Source: an uncultured Gammaproteobacteria bacterium (GTDB lineage: Bacteria > Patescibacteriota > Microgenomatia > 2-02-FULL-39-11). From it: a DNA stretch of 27,857 nucleotides. This document shows, piece after piece, positions 15,379 through 24,005 of the stretch (positions within the stretch are counted from its first letter, which is position 1; each line of letters opens with the position of its first letter). The stretch is from assembly GCA_964649915.1 (NCBI GenBank), contig CAZYQZ010000001.1, positions 1 through 27,857 on the forward strand, written 5' to 3'. The position numbers and the translations under genes were made by a program. The notes beneath the pieces were generated by a model that did no database searches, was not told the DNA's origin, and saw only the letters and a program-made list of their open reading frames with translations.

Positions 15379-15830
15379 TCGTGAACGGCCCCTGCATGAT
15401 TCATCCTGACGCGACCATCGCGAGCGACTGCACGCTCTGGCAATTTTCCACGGTCTGTGACGGGACCGTGATCGGGTCCAACGTCGTGATCGGCTCCGGG
15501 GCCTGGATCGGGAAACGGGTCGTGATCGGCACCGGCACCCGCATCCAGCACGGGGCATTCATCCCGAACGATGCCGTGATTGGCTCGCATGTCTTTGTGG
15601 GGCCGAACTGCACCCTCACTGACGATAAATACCCCAAGGCGGGCAACCATGCCTACCGCCCTGAACCGCCCATCCTCCGTGACGGCTGCTCCATTGGAGC
15701 GGGAGCCGTCATCTTGCCAGGAGTCGTGGTTGGCGAAGGGGCCATGATTGGAGCCGGTGCCGTGGTCGTCAGAGATGTCGCCCCGCATGAAACCGTTGTA
15801 GGGGTCCCGGCGCTGAGAATCCAAGTATGA
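15375..15830 (+). CDS. Hexapeptide-repeat (LbH) acetyltransferase, WbpD/WxcM-like sugar acetyltransferase
   Basis: 151 aa with repeated [LIV]-G-x4 hexapeptides, VFVGPNCTLTDDKYP and the C-terminal VVVRDV...VVGVPA. Confidence 0.9.
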   Translation: MIVNGPCMIHPDATIASDCTLWQFSTVCDGTVIGSNVVIGSGAWIGKRVVIGTGTRIQHGAFIPNDAVIGSHVFVGPNCTLTDDKYPKAGNHAYRPEPPILRDGCSIGAGAVILPGVVVGEGAMIGAGAVVVRDVAPHETVVGVPALRIQV

Positions 15831-16312
15831 GACAAGAAGCGAAACAGTTTACTTGTTCAAAATGCAAAATCGTCAAAGCAAGGACGGAGTATCACGTTTA
15901 CAAAGGGAAGAGAAACACCAGATGCAAGCGGTGCAGGCTTGACCTGTGGAACCAGTACAACCGTTCGACAGGGTGGACTACTCAAACTAGATGGAAAAAC
16001 AACCTCAGAAAGGAAGTTCTTAGTCACTATTCTGGCGGGACGCCGTCATGCAAGTGCTGCAATGAGACGCATTATGAATTTCTCACTCTCGACCATATAA
16101 ATGAAGACGGAGCAGAGCAGAAAAGGAAATTGTTCGGGAACAGGACATCTTCCTATCAGATGTACAACTGGGTAAAGAAGAACGGATACCCAGGCGGGTA
16201 CCAAGTGCTTTGCTACAACTGCAATTGCGCTAAACATCATTTTGGTGTGTGCCCCCATACCAAGATGCGGGACATCTCGCCCATAACTGAGAAGGAGTTG
16301 ATAACCGCATGA
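15827..16312 (+). CDS. Free-standing HNH (His-Me finger) endonuclease, copy B, with extra N-terminal zinc finger
   Basis: CSKC...CKRC at the N-terminus, then CKCC...LTLDHINEDG...QVLCYNCN. AT-rich, with ATGA overlaps at both ends. Confidence 0.82.
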   Translation: MRQEAKQFTCSKCKIVKARTEYHVYKGKRNTRCKRCRLDLWNQYNRSTGWTTQTRWKNNLRKEVLSHYSGGTPSCKCCNETHYEFLTLDHINEDGAEQKRKLFGNRTSSYQMYNWVKKNGYPGGYQVLCYNCNCAKHHFGVCPHTKMRDISPITEKELITA

Positions 16313-17001
16313 AACCGTTAGACCGCGTATTGCTCAAGGCCGAACAGATCCAGGACCTGCATGAAGAGAAGGACCAGATTGATGCGGCCCTCGCGCCGAC
16401 CAACCCGTTCCGTAGCAAGATCAGCAAGCCCCAGCTCATGCACCAGCGCCGGAAGGCGATTGACCGGCAGCTCGAAGATTATGCCCCTGAAAAGCTCGAC
16501 GGCATGGAGAAGGACAAGCTCGCCAACCTGGAAAAGGAACTGCGAGCGGCCTGGACCACGAACATGCCGACCGAAGAAGAGATGCGGAAGAATCCTCCCG
16601 GCATGGTGGACCGGCACCGGAAGTGGGAAAAGCTGAACAAGAAAATCATCGGGCAATGGAAGAACGTGCGCCGACAACTGGAGCCGGATTCGGACGACAA
16701 GGACTTGGCCAATATCGAGCGGTACCGCCCCTCTGGCGTGATGGACCGACTGGTGGCAGGCGCACAGATCAGTGGCGCGATGAACTATCGTAATATCCCG
16801 CAAGAGAATTGGGACACGGCCTTTGAAGGCAAGAAGCCGGAGAATACGGCCCTGGAGCAGGCTAAGCGCGTGCGACGGGAGATGAGCGAAGAAGCGAAGG
16901 ATCGGGCTCGGGCCAACCTGGCGCGGGCACGGGAACTAAAAAAACAACAGGCCGAACAGGCGCAGGCGACTGAGACTGAACCGGCGTTAAGCGAGGCGTA
17001 A
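16309..17001 (+). CDS. Charged helical hypothetical protein
   Basis: 230 aa, K/E/R-rich and coiled-coil-like, with the same high-GC3 codon use as the structural genes. Confidence 0.8.
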   Translation: MKPLDRVLLKAEQIQDLHEEKDQIDAALAPTNPFRSKISKPQLMHQRRKAIDRQLEDYAPEKLDGMEKDKLANLEKELRAAWTTNMPTEEEMRKNPPGMVDRHRKWEKLNKKIIGQWKNVRRQLEPDSDDKDLANIERYRPSGVMDRLVAGAQISGAMNYRNIPQENWDTAFEGKKPENTALEQAKRVRREMSEEAKDRARANLARARELKKQQAEQAQATETEPALSEA

Positions 17002-18018
17002 ATGGCGTTCCCCTATATTTTTGAATCAAATTTTGAACAGGGCACCAATGCCGAGTGGGATTCCGAAACGGATACCGGCTCGCTCCTGGACTTCCCGCAT
17101 TACAGCGAACTGTCCAAAATCACGAACGCCCCCGTCCCCTATCGCGGAGCTTATTGCATGCGGGTCCGGTGCGGCGACACGAACGATCATGTGCTGATCG
17201 AAGGCGACCTGGACATTGCGGACGGGGCAACAGCCCATACCCGTTTCTATCTCTGGGCCGCGTCGGACTTTACCGCGACGGCAGACGACACGTTCAATAT
17301 CTACGAACTGCAACAGGCTGGAGGCACGACCGAGATCAGCCTTGGGATGCGCGTCACCGCGTCCAGCAACCTGCTCGAAATCGGGATCGGCGACGGCACC
17401 GCGCCGTCAACATTCGTGTCGTTCCCGCGTGGGAAGTGGGTCTGCGTGGAATTACTGGCGACGGTTTCAACGGGAGGCGCAGGGGTCATTACGCTGTTCC
17501 TGGATGAAACGCAGGTCTTGACCTTAACCTCACAGACCCAGGCCGCTGCCGTAGGCCGTGGCGTGCTCGGCACGCAGGACACGTTGGCGACCACGACGGG
17601 CGCACTCTACTTCGATCAGTTCGTGTTCGATGATGCCCGTATCTACGGGCTCCCGATCCAGTACCCGCAAGAGGTCTACATGACCAAGACGGGCCATGTC
17701 TTTGTCGGATCTGGGACGATTGAGAATATCTCGCTCCTGTCAGGTGGCGCAGCCGATAACGTCCTGCAAGTGTTCGATACCGATGTGAACAACACCAACC
17801 ATGTCGGACGCATGAAGCTGGAACTCAAGAACACCGCTGCCTCTGAACTGGTGGATCCCGCAGGCGTGCCTGCCGACTTCCAGCGCGGAGCCTATGTAGT
17901 CCTGAGCGGGACCAACCCACGGGCCTTGGTCAAGATCGGTCGAGCCCAAGGGTACTGGAGCAAAGGCCGGATCAAACAGCATGGGGCTGATCGGAAACCT
18001 TCCCCTGGCAACTGGTAA
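17002..18018 (+). CDS. Putative virion protein with LamG/concanavalin A-like domain
   Basis: 338 aa, beta-rich. WVCVEL...ITLFLDE...LYFDQFVFDD pattern of LamG-like jelly rolls, followed by a second small beta-domain. Confidence 0.6.
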   Translation: MAFPYIFESNFEQGTNAEWDSETDTGSLLDFPHYSELSKITNAPVPYRGAYCMRVRCGDTNDHVLIEGDLDIADGATAHTRFYLWAASDFTATADDTFNIYELQQAGGTTEISLGMRVTASSNLLEIGIGDGTAPSTFVSFPRGKWVCVELLATVSTGGAGVITLFLDETQVLTLTSQTQAAAVGRGVLGTQDTLATTTGALYFDQFVFDDARIYGLPIQYPQEVYMTKTGHVFVGSGTIENISLLSGGAADNVLQVFDTDVNNTNHVGRMKLELKNTAASELVDPAGVPADFQRGAYVVLSGTNPRALVKIGRAQGYWSKGRIKQHGADRKPSPGNW

Positions 18019-18039
18019 CGAAGAGAAAAGGGCCTTCGC

Positions 18040-19503
18040 GTGGCTTTCGATACATCAGATTACCGCCAGAACACGTACGGATCGACGCCGGACTATTACT
18101 GTGACTGCACCCGTTCTTTGGCATCGAGTGGGGCTGGCACGCTCGGGGATCCCTACAACCTGAATCAAGCGATGGGCGTTCCTGGAGGGTCTCTGGTCTG
18201 GTTTCTCCCGGTCGGAAGCGGCACGCCGGTGCAACTCACAGGCCCGAGTACGAGCGGGTATAGTGAAATCCCTGCGTTCCAGCCTACGAACAGCGGGACG
18301 AGCGGTAACAAGACCGTGTTTGTGACGAAATATGCGGCCGTGACACTGGACCGGGCGACGATTGCCAGTAATCAGAACCGGACGGAATTGCGCCATAACG
18401 GGACGGCCACTGTAGCCGCAGGCCCAACGGAGACCGGCACGGGTGGGGCCATCTACGGCGCACATACGAAGAACCATATTGTGTACGACGGGTTCTTTAC
18501 CGATATGGCGCAGTGCCAGATTCGCAGTGACGCTGGGCACCTGGCCGCGCAGGCTTGCACCGGCATTGAGTTCCGCAACTTTGTCGTGAAGGGTACGACA
18601 ACGAACTGCCAAAGTAACGCGATCATCTATCGGCCTGAAAACGCCGTCGGTACGGTCCTGTCGAACTTTCGCGCCTACGACTTTAGCAACGACCCCACCG
18701 GATCAGACGTGCCACAGGCCGGTCTGTTTAGCGACCAGTACGGAGACCAGAACTTCCTCATCGAACATTTCGACATCGACAATATCGACATGGGGATCTT
18801 CCTGAAAGGCACGTCCAGCGGGCCGGTCTTCAATTATGGAACGATCCAATACGGCATTGTTCGGAATAGTTCGTCATTCGTGCGGTTCAATGACTTAGAC
18901 GCGACGAACCTCACGACCGTCCAATACTGTCTCTTCTATAATTCAATCGGCGCACGGCCTAAGGCGCTCTCCCCTGACGGGATCGTGTTTGATGTGATTT
19001 CCTCGGCCCCACGCAACCTGACCATTGACCATTGCACCGTCGCTAAGATTGATTCGACGGATATTAATCTCAACGCGGCCCTCTATTACGACCCTGGCGC
19101 GTTCTCGTTCGGCAGCGGCGTGACGATTACGAATAATCTGTTCGACATGGATGCTGGGTCGAACGGGCACATGGTGGCCTTCAGTACCAGCTTGCCGTCG
19201 TCCATGAATTACAACGGCTATTACAAGAATGGCAGCACCGAGAGTTATGTCTACAGCGGGTCCCAGCATAACACGTTTGGAGACTGGGACGCGGCAGTTG
19301 GCTCACTGGAAAATAACAGCACCGAGTTATCGAGCGGCCCGTTTACGGACCGCGCCAATGACGATTACACGCTCGCGGTCGGACATGCCGCCAGGACAGC
19401 TTCGTCAACCGGCGGGCAACTTGGCTGCTATGCCACGAGCGAAACGATTGGGGTCATGACAGCGGCGGCGGCATCTGGCACGCTCGCCTTATTCTTGAGG
19501 TAG
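18040..19503 (+). CDS. Right-handed beta-helix (pectin-lyase-like) putative spike or fibre protein
   Basis: 487 aa, N/T/S/G-rich. GAGTLGDPY N-terminal motif, repeated beta-helix rungs (ITNNLF, TIDHCTV) and C-terminal FTDRANDDYTL...LGCYA. Confidence 0.7.
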   Translation: MAFDTSDYRQNTYGSTPDYYCDCTRSLASSGAGTLGDPYNLNQAMGVPGGSLVWFLPVGSGTPVQLTGPSTSGYSEIPAFQPTNSGTSGNKTVFVTKYAAVTLDRATIASNQNRTELRHNGTATVAAGPTETGTGGAIYGAHTKNHIVYDGFFTDMAQCQIRSDAGHLAAQACTGIEFRNFVVKGTTTNCQSNAIIYRPENAVGTVLSNFRAYDFSNDPTGSDVPQAGLFSDQYGDQNFLIEHFDIDNIDMGIFLKGTSSGPVFNYGTIQYGIVRNSSSFVRFNDLDATNLTTVQYCLFYNSIGARPKALSPDGIVFDVISSAPRNLTIDHCTVAKIDSTDINLNAALYYDPGAFSFGSGVTITNNLFDMDAGSNGHMVAFSTSLPSSMNYNGYYKNGSTESYVYSGSQHNTFGDWDAAVGSLENNSTELSSGPFTDRANDDYTLAVGHAARTASSTGGQLGCYATSETIGVMTAAAASGTLALFLR

Positions 19504-19504
19504 C

Positions 19505-20194
19505 ATGGCAGCATTTGTCTCGGGACATGCCGATACGGTCGGCGACAAGTTTGCCGGTACAAGTACATACACCTATTCATTCGGTGGCAATTCCATTGCC
19601 AGCGGTGAATTTGTAGTGCTGTCGATGGGGTCCACAACGCGGAATATCAACAGCATTGCCGGGACAAATCTGACGCTGGCACAGCTCGGCACGCATTCCA
19701 TTAATGGCGCGGGGATGCGCGAATCGACCTGGTATGGGTTTGCCACAGGGACCTGCACTTCTGTCACTGTCACCGCGTCTGGGAATACCAATGATGATGC
19801 CGCCGCGAGTTATGTCTCGTTTAGCGGGATGGCGTCCGATCAATCGGCGGCGACTTCAGGTGCATCTATCGGAGACAACGTCACGACTCACGACGTGTCA
19901 ACAGTTACACCAGGGACCGCCAATAATGTCATGGTGTGCGGCTCGTTCCGAACGAACGCCACATGGACGGATGACTCGACGTTCACGGCCGTCTCGTCTG
20001 CGGATGCGAATAAAATGATTGCTTACGTGATCCAGACTGCCGCGACAGGGCAGAACTTCACGATGTCCAGCGATATTAACCGCTACAGCACCCAGCGGCT
20101 CGCCGCCTTTACGTCCAACGCGGCTGGCCGCACGACGCGCAACACACGCTCGGCTCCCCTCGGCGTGAATCTCGGGATGAATTGGAGGAGCTAG
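19505..20194 (+). CDS. Putative virion protein, Ser/Thr-rich beta-sandwich
   Basis: 229 aa, very S/T/A/N-rich, with a basic C-terminal tail GRTTRNTRSAPLGVNLGMNWRS. Confidence 0.7.
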   Translation: MAAFVSGHADTVGDKFAGTSTYTYSFGGNSIASGEFVVLSMGSTTRNINSIAGTNLTLAQLGTHSINGAGMRESTWYGFATGTCTSVTVTASGNTNDDAAASYVSFSGMASDQSAATSGASIGDNVTTHDVSTVTPGTANNVMVCGSFRTNATWTDDSTFTAVSSADANKMIAYVIQTAATGQNFTMSSDINRYSTQRLAAFTSNAAGRTTRNTRSAPLGVNLGMNWRS

Positions 20195-20195
20195 C

Positions 20196-21119
20196 GTGCA
20201 ACTACAGCATTGGATGAAAAAGGAACATTCCGGCCTCGCCGCCACGACGCTGGAGCTGGTCAAGTACGAAGAACGGATCGGGCATCAGGTCGAGGTCCGG
20301 CAACCGGGAGAGGACAATGTCCTGTACGGTGGCGTGACCAACCCCGACATTCATCTGGTCCATAGCCAGCTCGGGATGAAGGCGTACCACGACGGCAAGC
20401 CGAAAGTGATGTGGATGCACGGCGAACCGATCTCCAGCGTCGGCAACGGCATCAGTATGAAAGCGATCTGCGACCTGGCGCCGTCCATGGACGCCTTTAT
20501 CGCCATGCGCAAAGACGAAATGCCGATCTGGAGTTCGATCAAGCGCACGTTCCTGGTCCCCAAAGGGATTGACCTGGAGAAGTTCAAGCCATTGGGCGCG
20601 AACGTGAACAAACTGGAAGGCTCCCCCGCTGTCCTCTATTACGAGAACTGGCGCGGGCAACGGAATCCGCTCTATGTCTGTCGGGCCATGGAAGAGGTCT
20701 TTAAGAAGTACCCGGACGCACGACTGCATCTGGTGAACTGCAAAGACCAGAAGATGAAAGAGACGTTCCAGGCCATGATTAAGCAATGTAAATGGTGGCC
20801 GTTTATTCGCACCCTCATGGGGCCGGTGACGGACGTGAACGCGGTCCTGAACAAAGCCGATATTGTCGTCAGCGGCCTGTTCCCGCTCTATGCCCGTGGC
20901 ATCGAAGCCTTTGGGGCTGGCAAAGCCTTTATCGGGGCAGGCTACAAGGAGCATGACTACCCGTTCACCTGTGACTATGAACCGCTCAGTATGGCCAACG
21001 CCATTATCAAGTGTTATGAAAATTACGATACTGTAAATTATAGACAATGGGCAGAAAAGCACCACAACGTTGAAGAAACCGTGCGTCAATCACTGGCAAT
21101 ATATAACAGATACCTTTAA
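20196..21119 (+). CDS. Glycosyltransferase, GT-B fold (GT4-like)
   Basis: 307 aa, GGAGGAG SD and GTG start. Motifs VPKGIDLEKFKP and ADIVVS...GIEAFGAGKAFI (E-x-x-x-x-G-x-P-like). Soluble. Confidence 0.82.
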   Translation: MQLQHWMKKEHSGLAATTLELVKYEERIGHQVEVRQPGEDNVLYGGVTNPDIHLVHSQLGMKAYHDGKPKVMWMHGEPISSVGNGISMKAICDLAPSMDAFIAMRKDEMPIWSSIKRTFLVPKGIDLEKFKPLGANVNKLEGSPAVLYYENWRGQRNPLYVCRAMEEVFKKYPDARLHLVNCKDQKMKETFQAMIKQCKWWPFIRTLMGPVTDVNAVLNKADIVVSGLFPLYARGIEAFGAGKAFIGAGYKEHDYPFTCDYEPLSMANAIIKCYENYDTVNYRQWAEKHHNVEETVRQSLAIYNRYL

Positions 21120-21667
21120 CTAACGGATATCCAATTAACATTTCTTACTATAGCACTAATGGTTGGCTGAGAAACGCCGAAGAGGTTAGCGACAGCCAGT
21201 TGTGTCTTGCCAGCCTTGCACAGTCGTCGTATCTCTACAACCTCATTAACGTCCAATTTTGCAGCCCCAGCTCTAACCCCAGTCGCATATCTCCCGTTTT
21301 TCGCCATATCCTGTTTATTTGCCATTGGAGAATCCCATCTCAAATTTTCTATAGCATTATTCATAGCGTTGTCATCAGCGTGGCATGCCTGGCTCCCTGG
21401 TGGGCATGGGCCAACAAATGCCTCCAGAACAATTCTGTGGATGTAAGCTTTAATAGACCTCCCGTTTTTGCGAAGGTAAACATGCAGATGAGAGCTTCTG
21501 GAACTGTTTTTGGCAGGTCTCAACTTCCTCCATGCGGAAGATATTTGCCCCCATCTCCCCTGCACCTTGCAGGACCAGATATGCCCATCATTAGAAACGG
21601 CATACCCTGGCCAGTTATTAAGTTCTACTATCTTCACACCATTGATAATGGGAAGTTCTAGTTTCAT
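21116..21667 (-). CDS. Antisense HNH homing endonuclease (NUMOD4 + HNH + C-terminal HTH)
   Basis: WPGYAVSNDGHIWS (NUMOD4), IHRIVLEAF...CHADDNAMNNAIENLRW (HNH) and LFGVSQPTISAI (HTH). AT-rich. ATG 21667 is preferred over TTG 21703 because of the promoter geometry. Confidence 0.9.
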   Translation of the reverse strand: MKLELPIINGVKIVELNNWPGYAVSNDGHIWSCKVQGRWGQISSAWRKLRPAKNSSRSSHLHVYLRKNGRSIKAYIHRIVLEAFVGPCPPGSQACHADDNAMNNAIENLRWDSPMANKQDMAKNGRYATGVRAGAAKLDVNEVVEIRRLCKAGKTQLAVANLFGVSQPTISAIVRNVNWISVS

Positions 21668-21673
21668 GGGAGA

Positions 21674-21703
21674 ACTATATAGCAATGAGGGCTGAGTTTG
21701 CAA
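21674..21703 (-). promoter_or_regulatory. Putative sigma70 promoter for the antisense HNH gene (leaderless)
   Basis: Minus strand TTGCAA (21703-21698) - 18 nt - TATAGT (21679-21674) - 6 nt - ATG 21667. The -35 box lies inside the methyltransferase codons. Confidence 0.55.
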
Positions 21704-22314
21704 CTATCGAGGCTCTTACCACCGAAATCCACGAGATGGGGACGCACTCGGCCGAGTACTGGGACAAGCAAGTCCATGCAGTGGCCCCGTCCGTGACCGT
21801 GGACCGGATCGACTTCTTAGTCAAGCTCTGCACCGGCAAGACGGTTCTGCATGTGGGCTGCACCGGGCTGCTGGACAAGGCGCTGATGAAGGTTGCGACC
21901 AAATGCTACGGCATCGACAAAGGCCCGAGCGAGCGGCTGGACTATTACGACATGGACCTGGACCGGCTGGACGGGACGTTCCCTACGGTTGATGGGATCG
22001 ACCTCATCGTGTGCGGAGAAGTGCTGGAGCACCTGAGTAACCCTGGACATTTCCTTGACGCATTACGGAACGCGTACCAGACCGTGCCCGTTGCCATTAC
22101 CGTGCCGAACGCCTTTTGCGAGGCTGGCCAATCCTGGGTCCTGACGCGGCACCGTGAAAACGTCCACCGCGATCATGTGGCCTATTACAGCGTCACGACT
22201 CTAACCACGCTCCTGAAGCGGGCCAAGTATTCCGTCACGAAGCATTACTGGTACGGCGGGAAGCCGTACGTCTCTGAGGGCCTGATCGTCCTCGCCACCC
22301 CCACGAAGGACTAG
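21685..22314 (+). CDS. Class I SAM-dependent methyltransferase (polysaccharide-cluster type)
   Basis: 209 aa with KTVLHVGC (motif I), CYGIDK, DLIVCGEVLEHLSNPG, ITVPNA and H..YYS..TL..LL. No DNA-methyltransferase motif IV (DPPY/NPPY/PC). Confidence 0.88.
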   Translation: MRAEFATIEALTTEIHEMGTHSAEYWDKQVHAVAPSVTVDRIDFLVKLCTGKTVLHVGCTGLLDKALMKVATKCYGIDKGPSERLDYYDMDLDRLDGTFPTVDGIDLIVCGEVLEHLSNPGHFLDALRNAYQTVPVAITVPNAFCEAGQSWVLTRHRENVHRDHVAYYSVTTLTTLLKRAKYSVTKHYWYGGKPYVSEGLIVLATPTKD

Positions 22315-22316
22315 GA

Positions 22317-24005
22317 ATGGCAGAACAATTCTACAAGGGCCGTACTAATAATCACCTCACCTGGGTCATGGTCGATGCGACCGACTTTGCCACGCCGGAA
22401 AGCGCGTTATCGGCGGCGACGAAGATCAAGATTTATGGGAAGCTCAGGAGCGGTACAGGCGTGAACTTCGTCTCATCCGGCACCGGCTCCTTGACAAATG
22501 ACATCCAGCACGTCGGGGCATCAGCGTTGGGGATCTACACCATCGCCCTCGCCAAGGCCGATCTGAGCGATGCGTCAGCCGCCTGGTACGATCAATATAT
22601 TATCTCACTGTCCGCCACCGGCGCGGCCTATCAAACGCTCATTGCCGATGGGGGGATCGACAATAGCTATCTGTCCAACGTCAACAGCTACCTCTCGAAC
22701 GTCATCTCCAATATGTCTGGGATACTCTCGGACTGTTACAGTGCCGTAGTCGTGTGCCAGTCCGGGGCCAGTGACGCGGCCAGCGCCGCGCAGCAAGCGA
22801 ACTCCCGTGTCCTGGTCATTCAGTCACTGGTCTCGGATGTCGATTCGGCTCTGACCAGCCGGTTCAGCGACATCCAATCCCTTATCACGACGACTGGCGT
22901 CCAGTTGAATGCCTCGACGTTGAGCGATTTGCGATCCGCGATCAGCGCCGGTGCTGGCGCGACCGTCACGGCCTCAGACATCTCCGACATCGCCTCGGCA
23001 GTGTGGGCCAACACGATTGGCGCACGGGTCGATAGCCGCGTCCGTCTAATTCAGAGCGATACCAGCGATCTGACCTCTCGCGTCACCGCCGCCACCGCGA
23101 CGAAATCGCAAGTGGCCAGTGCGACCTATGCCCTGTTTGCCTCATTCATCAGTGACGTGACAAGCGCCTTCGCCGCAAATAGCGACGCGATCTCAGACTT
23201 GAAGAGTGTCGTGACCGTGACCGGCGTACAGCTCAATGCTAGCTCGCTGTCTGACATTCGCAGCGCCATTTCCGCAGGCGCGGCCGCGACCATCACCGCC
23301 TCCGACATCAGTGACATTGCCAGCGCCGTCTGGGCATACACTCTGGCGAATAAGATTGTGACCTTGAATAGTAGCGACATCAGCGATATTCGCAGCGCCA
23401 TCACGGCAGGCGCAGCAGGCACCTTAACCACAAGCGACATCAGCGATATTGCCTCGCGGGTTCAGGCGGTTCTCGCCTCCGATCTCAGTGACATTCTCAG
23501 CGCCGCGCAGCAAGCGAACTCTCGCGTGCTCGTGACGCAATCCCTGGCCTCCGACGCACATTCCGTCGCCGTGGCGACGCGGTCACTGGCGTCTGACGCG
23601 CACTCGATGGCGACAGCGAACAGCGCGGCCCTGTCGGACATTTACAGCCTCTTGAGCGATCTCCAGAGCAAGGTGGGCGTGACCAGCGGCATTATCAGCG
23701 ACATTGCCAGCGCCGTGCTGAATGCGGGCGTCAAGAAGAATACCGCTCTCAGTAACTTCACCTTCTTGATGGTCAGCAGTTCGGACCATATCACGCCGAC
23801 GACAGGCCTGACCGTGACGGCATCTCGGAGTATCGAAGGCGGGGCCTTTGCCGCCTGCACAAATAGCGGGACGATTGCCGAAGTCGGGAACGGGGTCTAT
23901 CGCATCAATTTCTCAACCACAGACCTGAACGGGGACGTGATTACGGTACGGTTTACGGCCACCGGAGCCGATGACCGCTACCTCACGATTAAGACCCAGC
24001 CATGA
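22317..24005 (+). CDS. Ser/Ala-rich repetitive putative fibre protein with related N- and C-terminal beta-domains
   Basis: 562 aa. The central region has about 28 SD dipeptides (hand count). The termini resemble each other (LTWVMVDATD...GIYTIAL...DL versus FTFLMVSSSD...GVYRINF...DL). Confidence 0.8.
   Translation: MAEQFYKGRTNNHLTWVMVDATDFATPESALSAATKIKIYGKLRSGTGVNFVSSGTGSLTNDIQHVGASALGIYTIALAKADLSDASAAWYDQYIISLSATGAAYQTLIADGGIDNSYLSNVNSYLSNVISNMSGILSDCYSAVVVCQSGASDAASAAQQANSRVLVIQSLVSDVDSALTSRFSDIQSLITTTGVQLNASTLSDLRSAISAGAGATVTASDISDIASAVWANTIGARVDSRVRLIQSDTSDLTSRVTAATATKSQVASATYALFASFISDVTSAFAANSDAISDLKSVVTVTGVQLNASSLSDIRSAISAGAAATITASDISDIASAVWAYTLANKIVTLNSSDISDIRSAITAGAAGTLTTSDISDIASRVQAVLASDLSDILSAAQQANSRVLVTQSLASDAHSVAVATRSLASDAHSMATANSAALSDIYSLLSDLQSKVGVTSGIISDIASAVLNAGVKKNTALSNFTFLMVSSSDHITPTTGLTVTASRSIEGGAFAACTNSGTIAEVGNGVYRINFSTTDLNGDVITVRFTATGADDRYLTIKTQP
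22896..23336 (+). repeat. Two 38-codon intragenic repeats (22896-23009 and 23223-23336), followed by a partial third copy
   Basis: GVQLNASTLSDLRSAISAGAGATVTASDISDIASAVWA versus GVQLNASSLSDIRSAISAGAAATITASDISDIASAVWA: 34/38 aa identical, with many synonymous differences. A separate exact 24-nt repeat CAGCGCCGCGCAGCAAGCGAACTC occurs at 22781-22804 and 23498-23521. Confidence 0.9.

Noticed and set aside
18016-18040. Stop-codon readthrough fusing 17002-18018 with the in-frame 18040-19503
   Set aside because: The stop is TAA, the downstream gene has its own AAGGG SD 7 nt before GTG, and in-frame adjacency occurs by chance one time in three.
21685-22314. DNA methyltransferase or restriction-modification role
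   Set aside because: Lacks DPPY/NPPY/PC catalytic motifs. The EVLEH pattern matches small-molecule and sugar methyltransferases.
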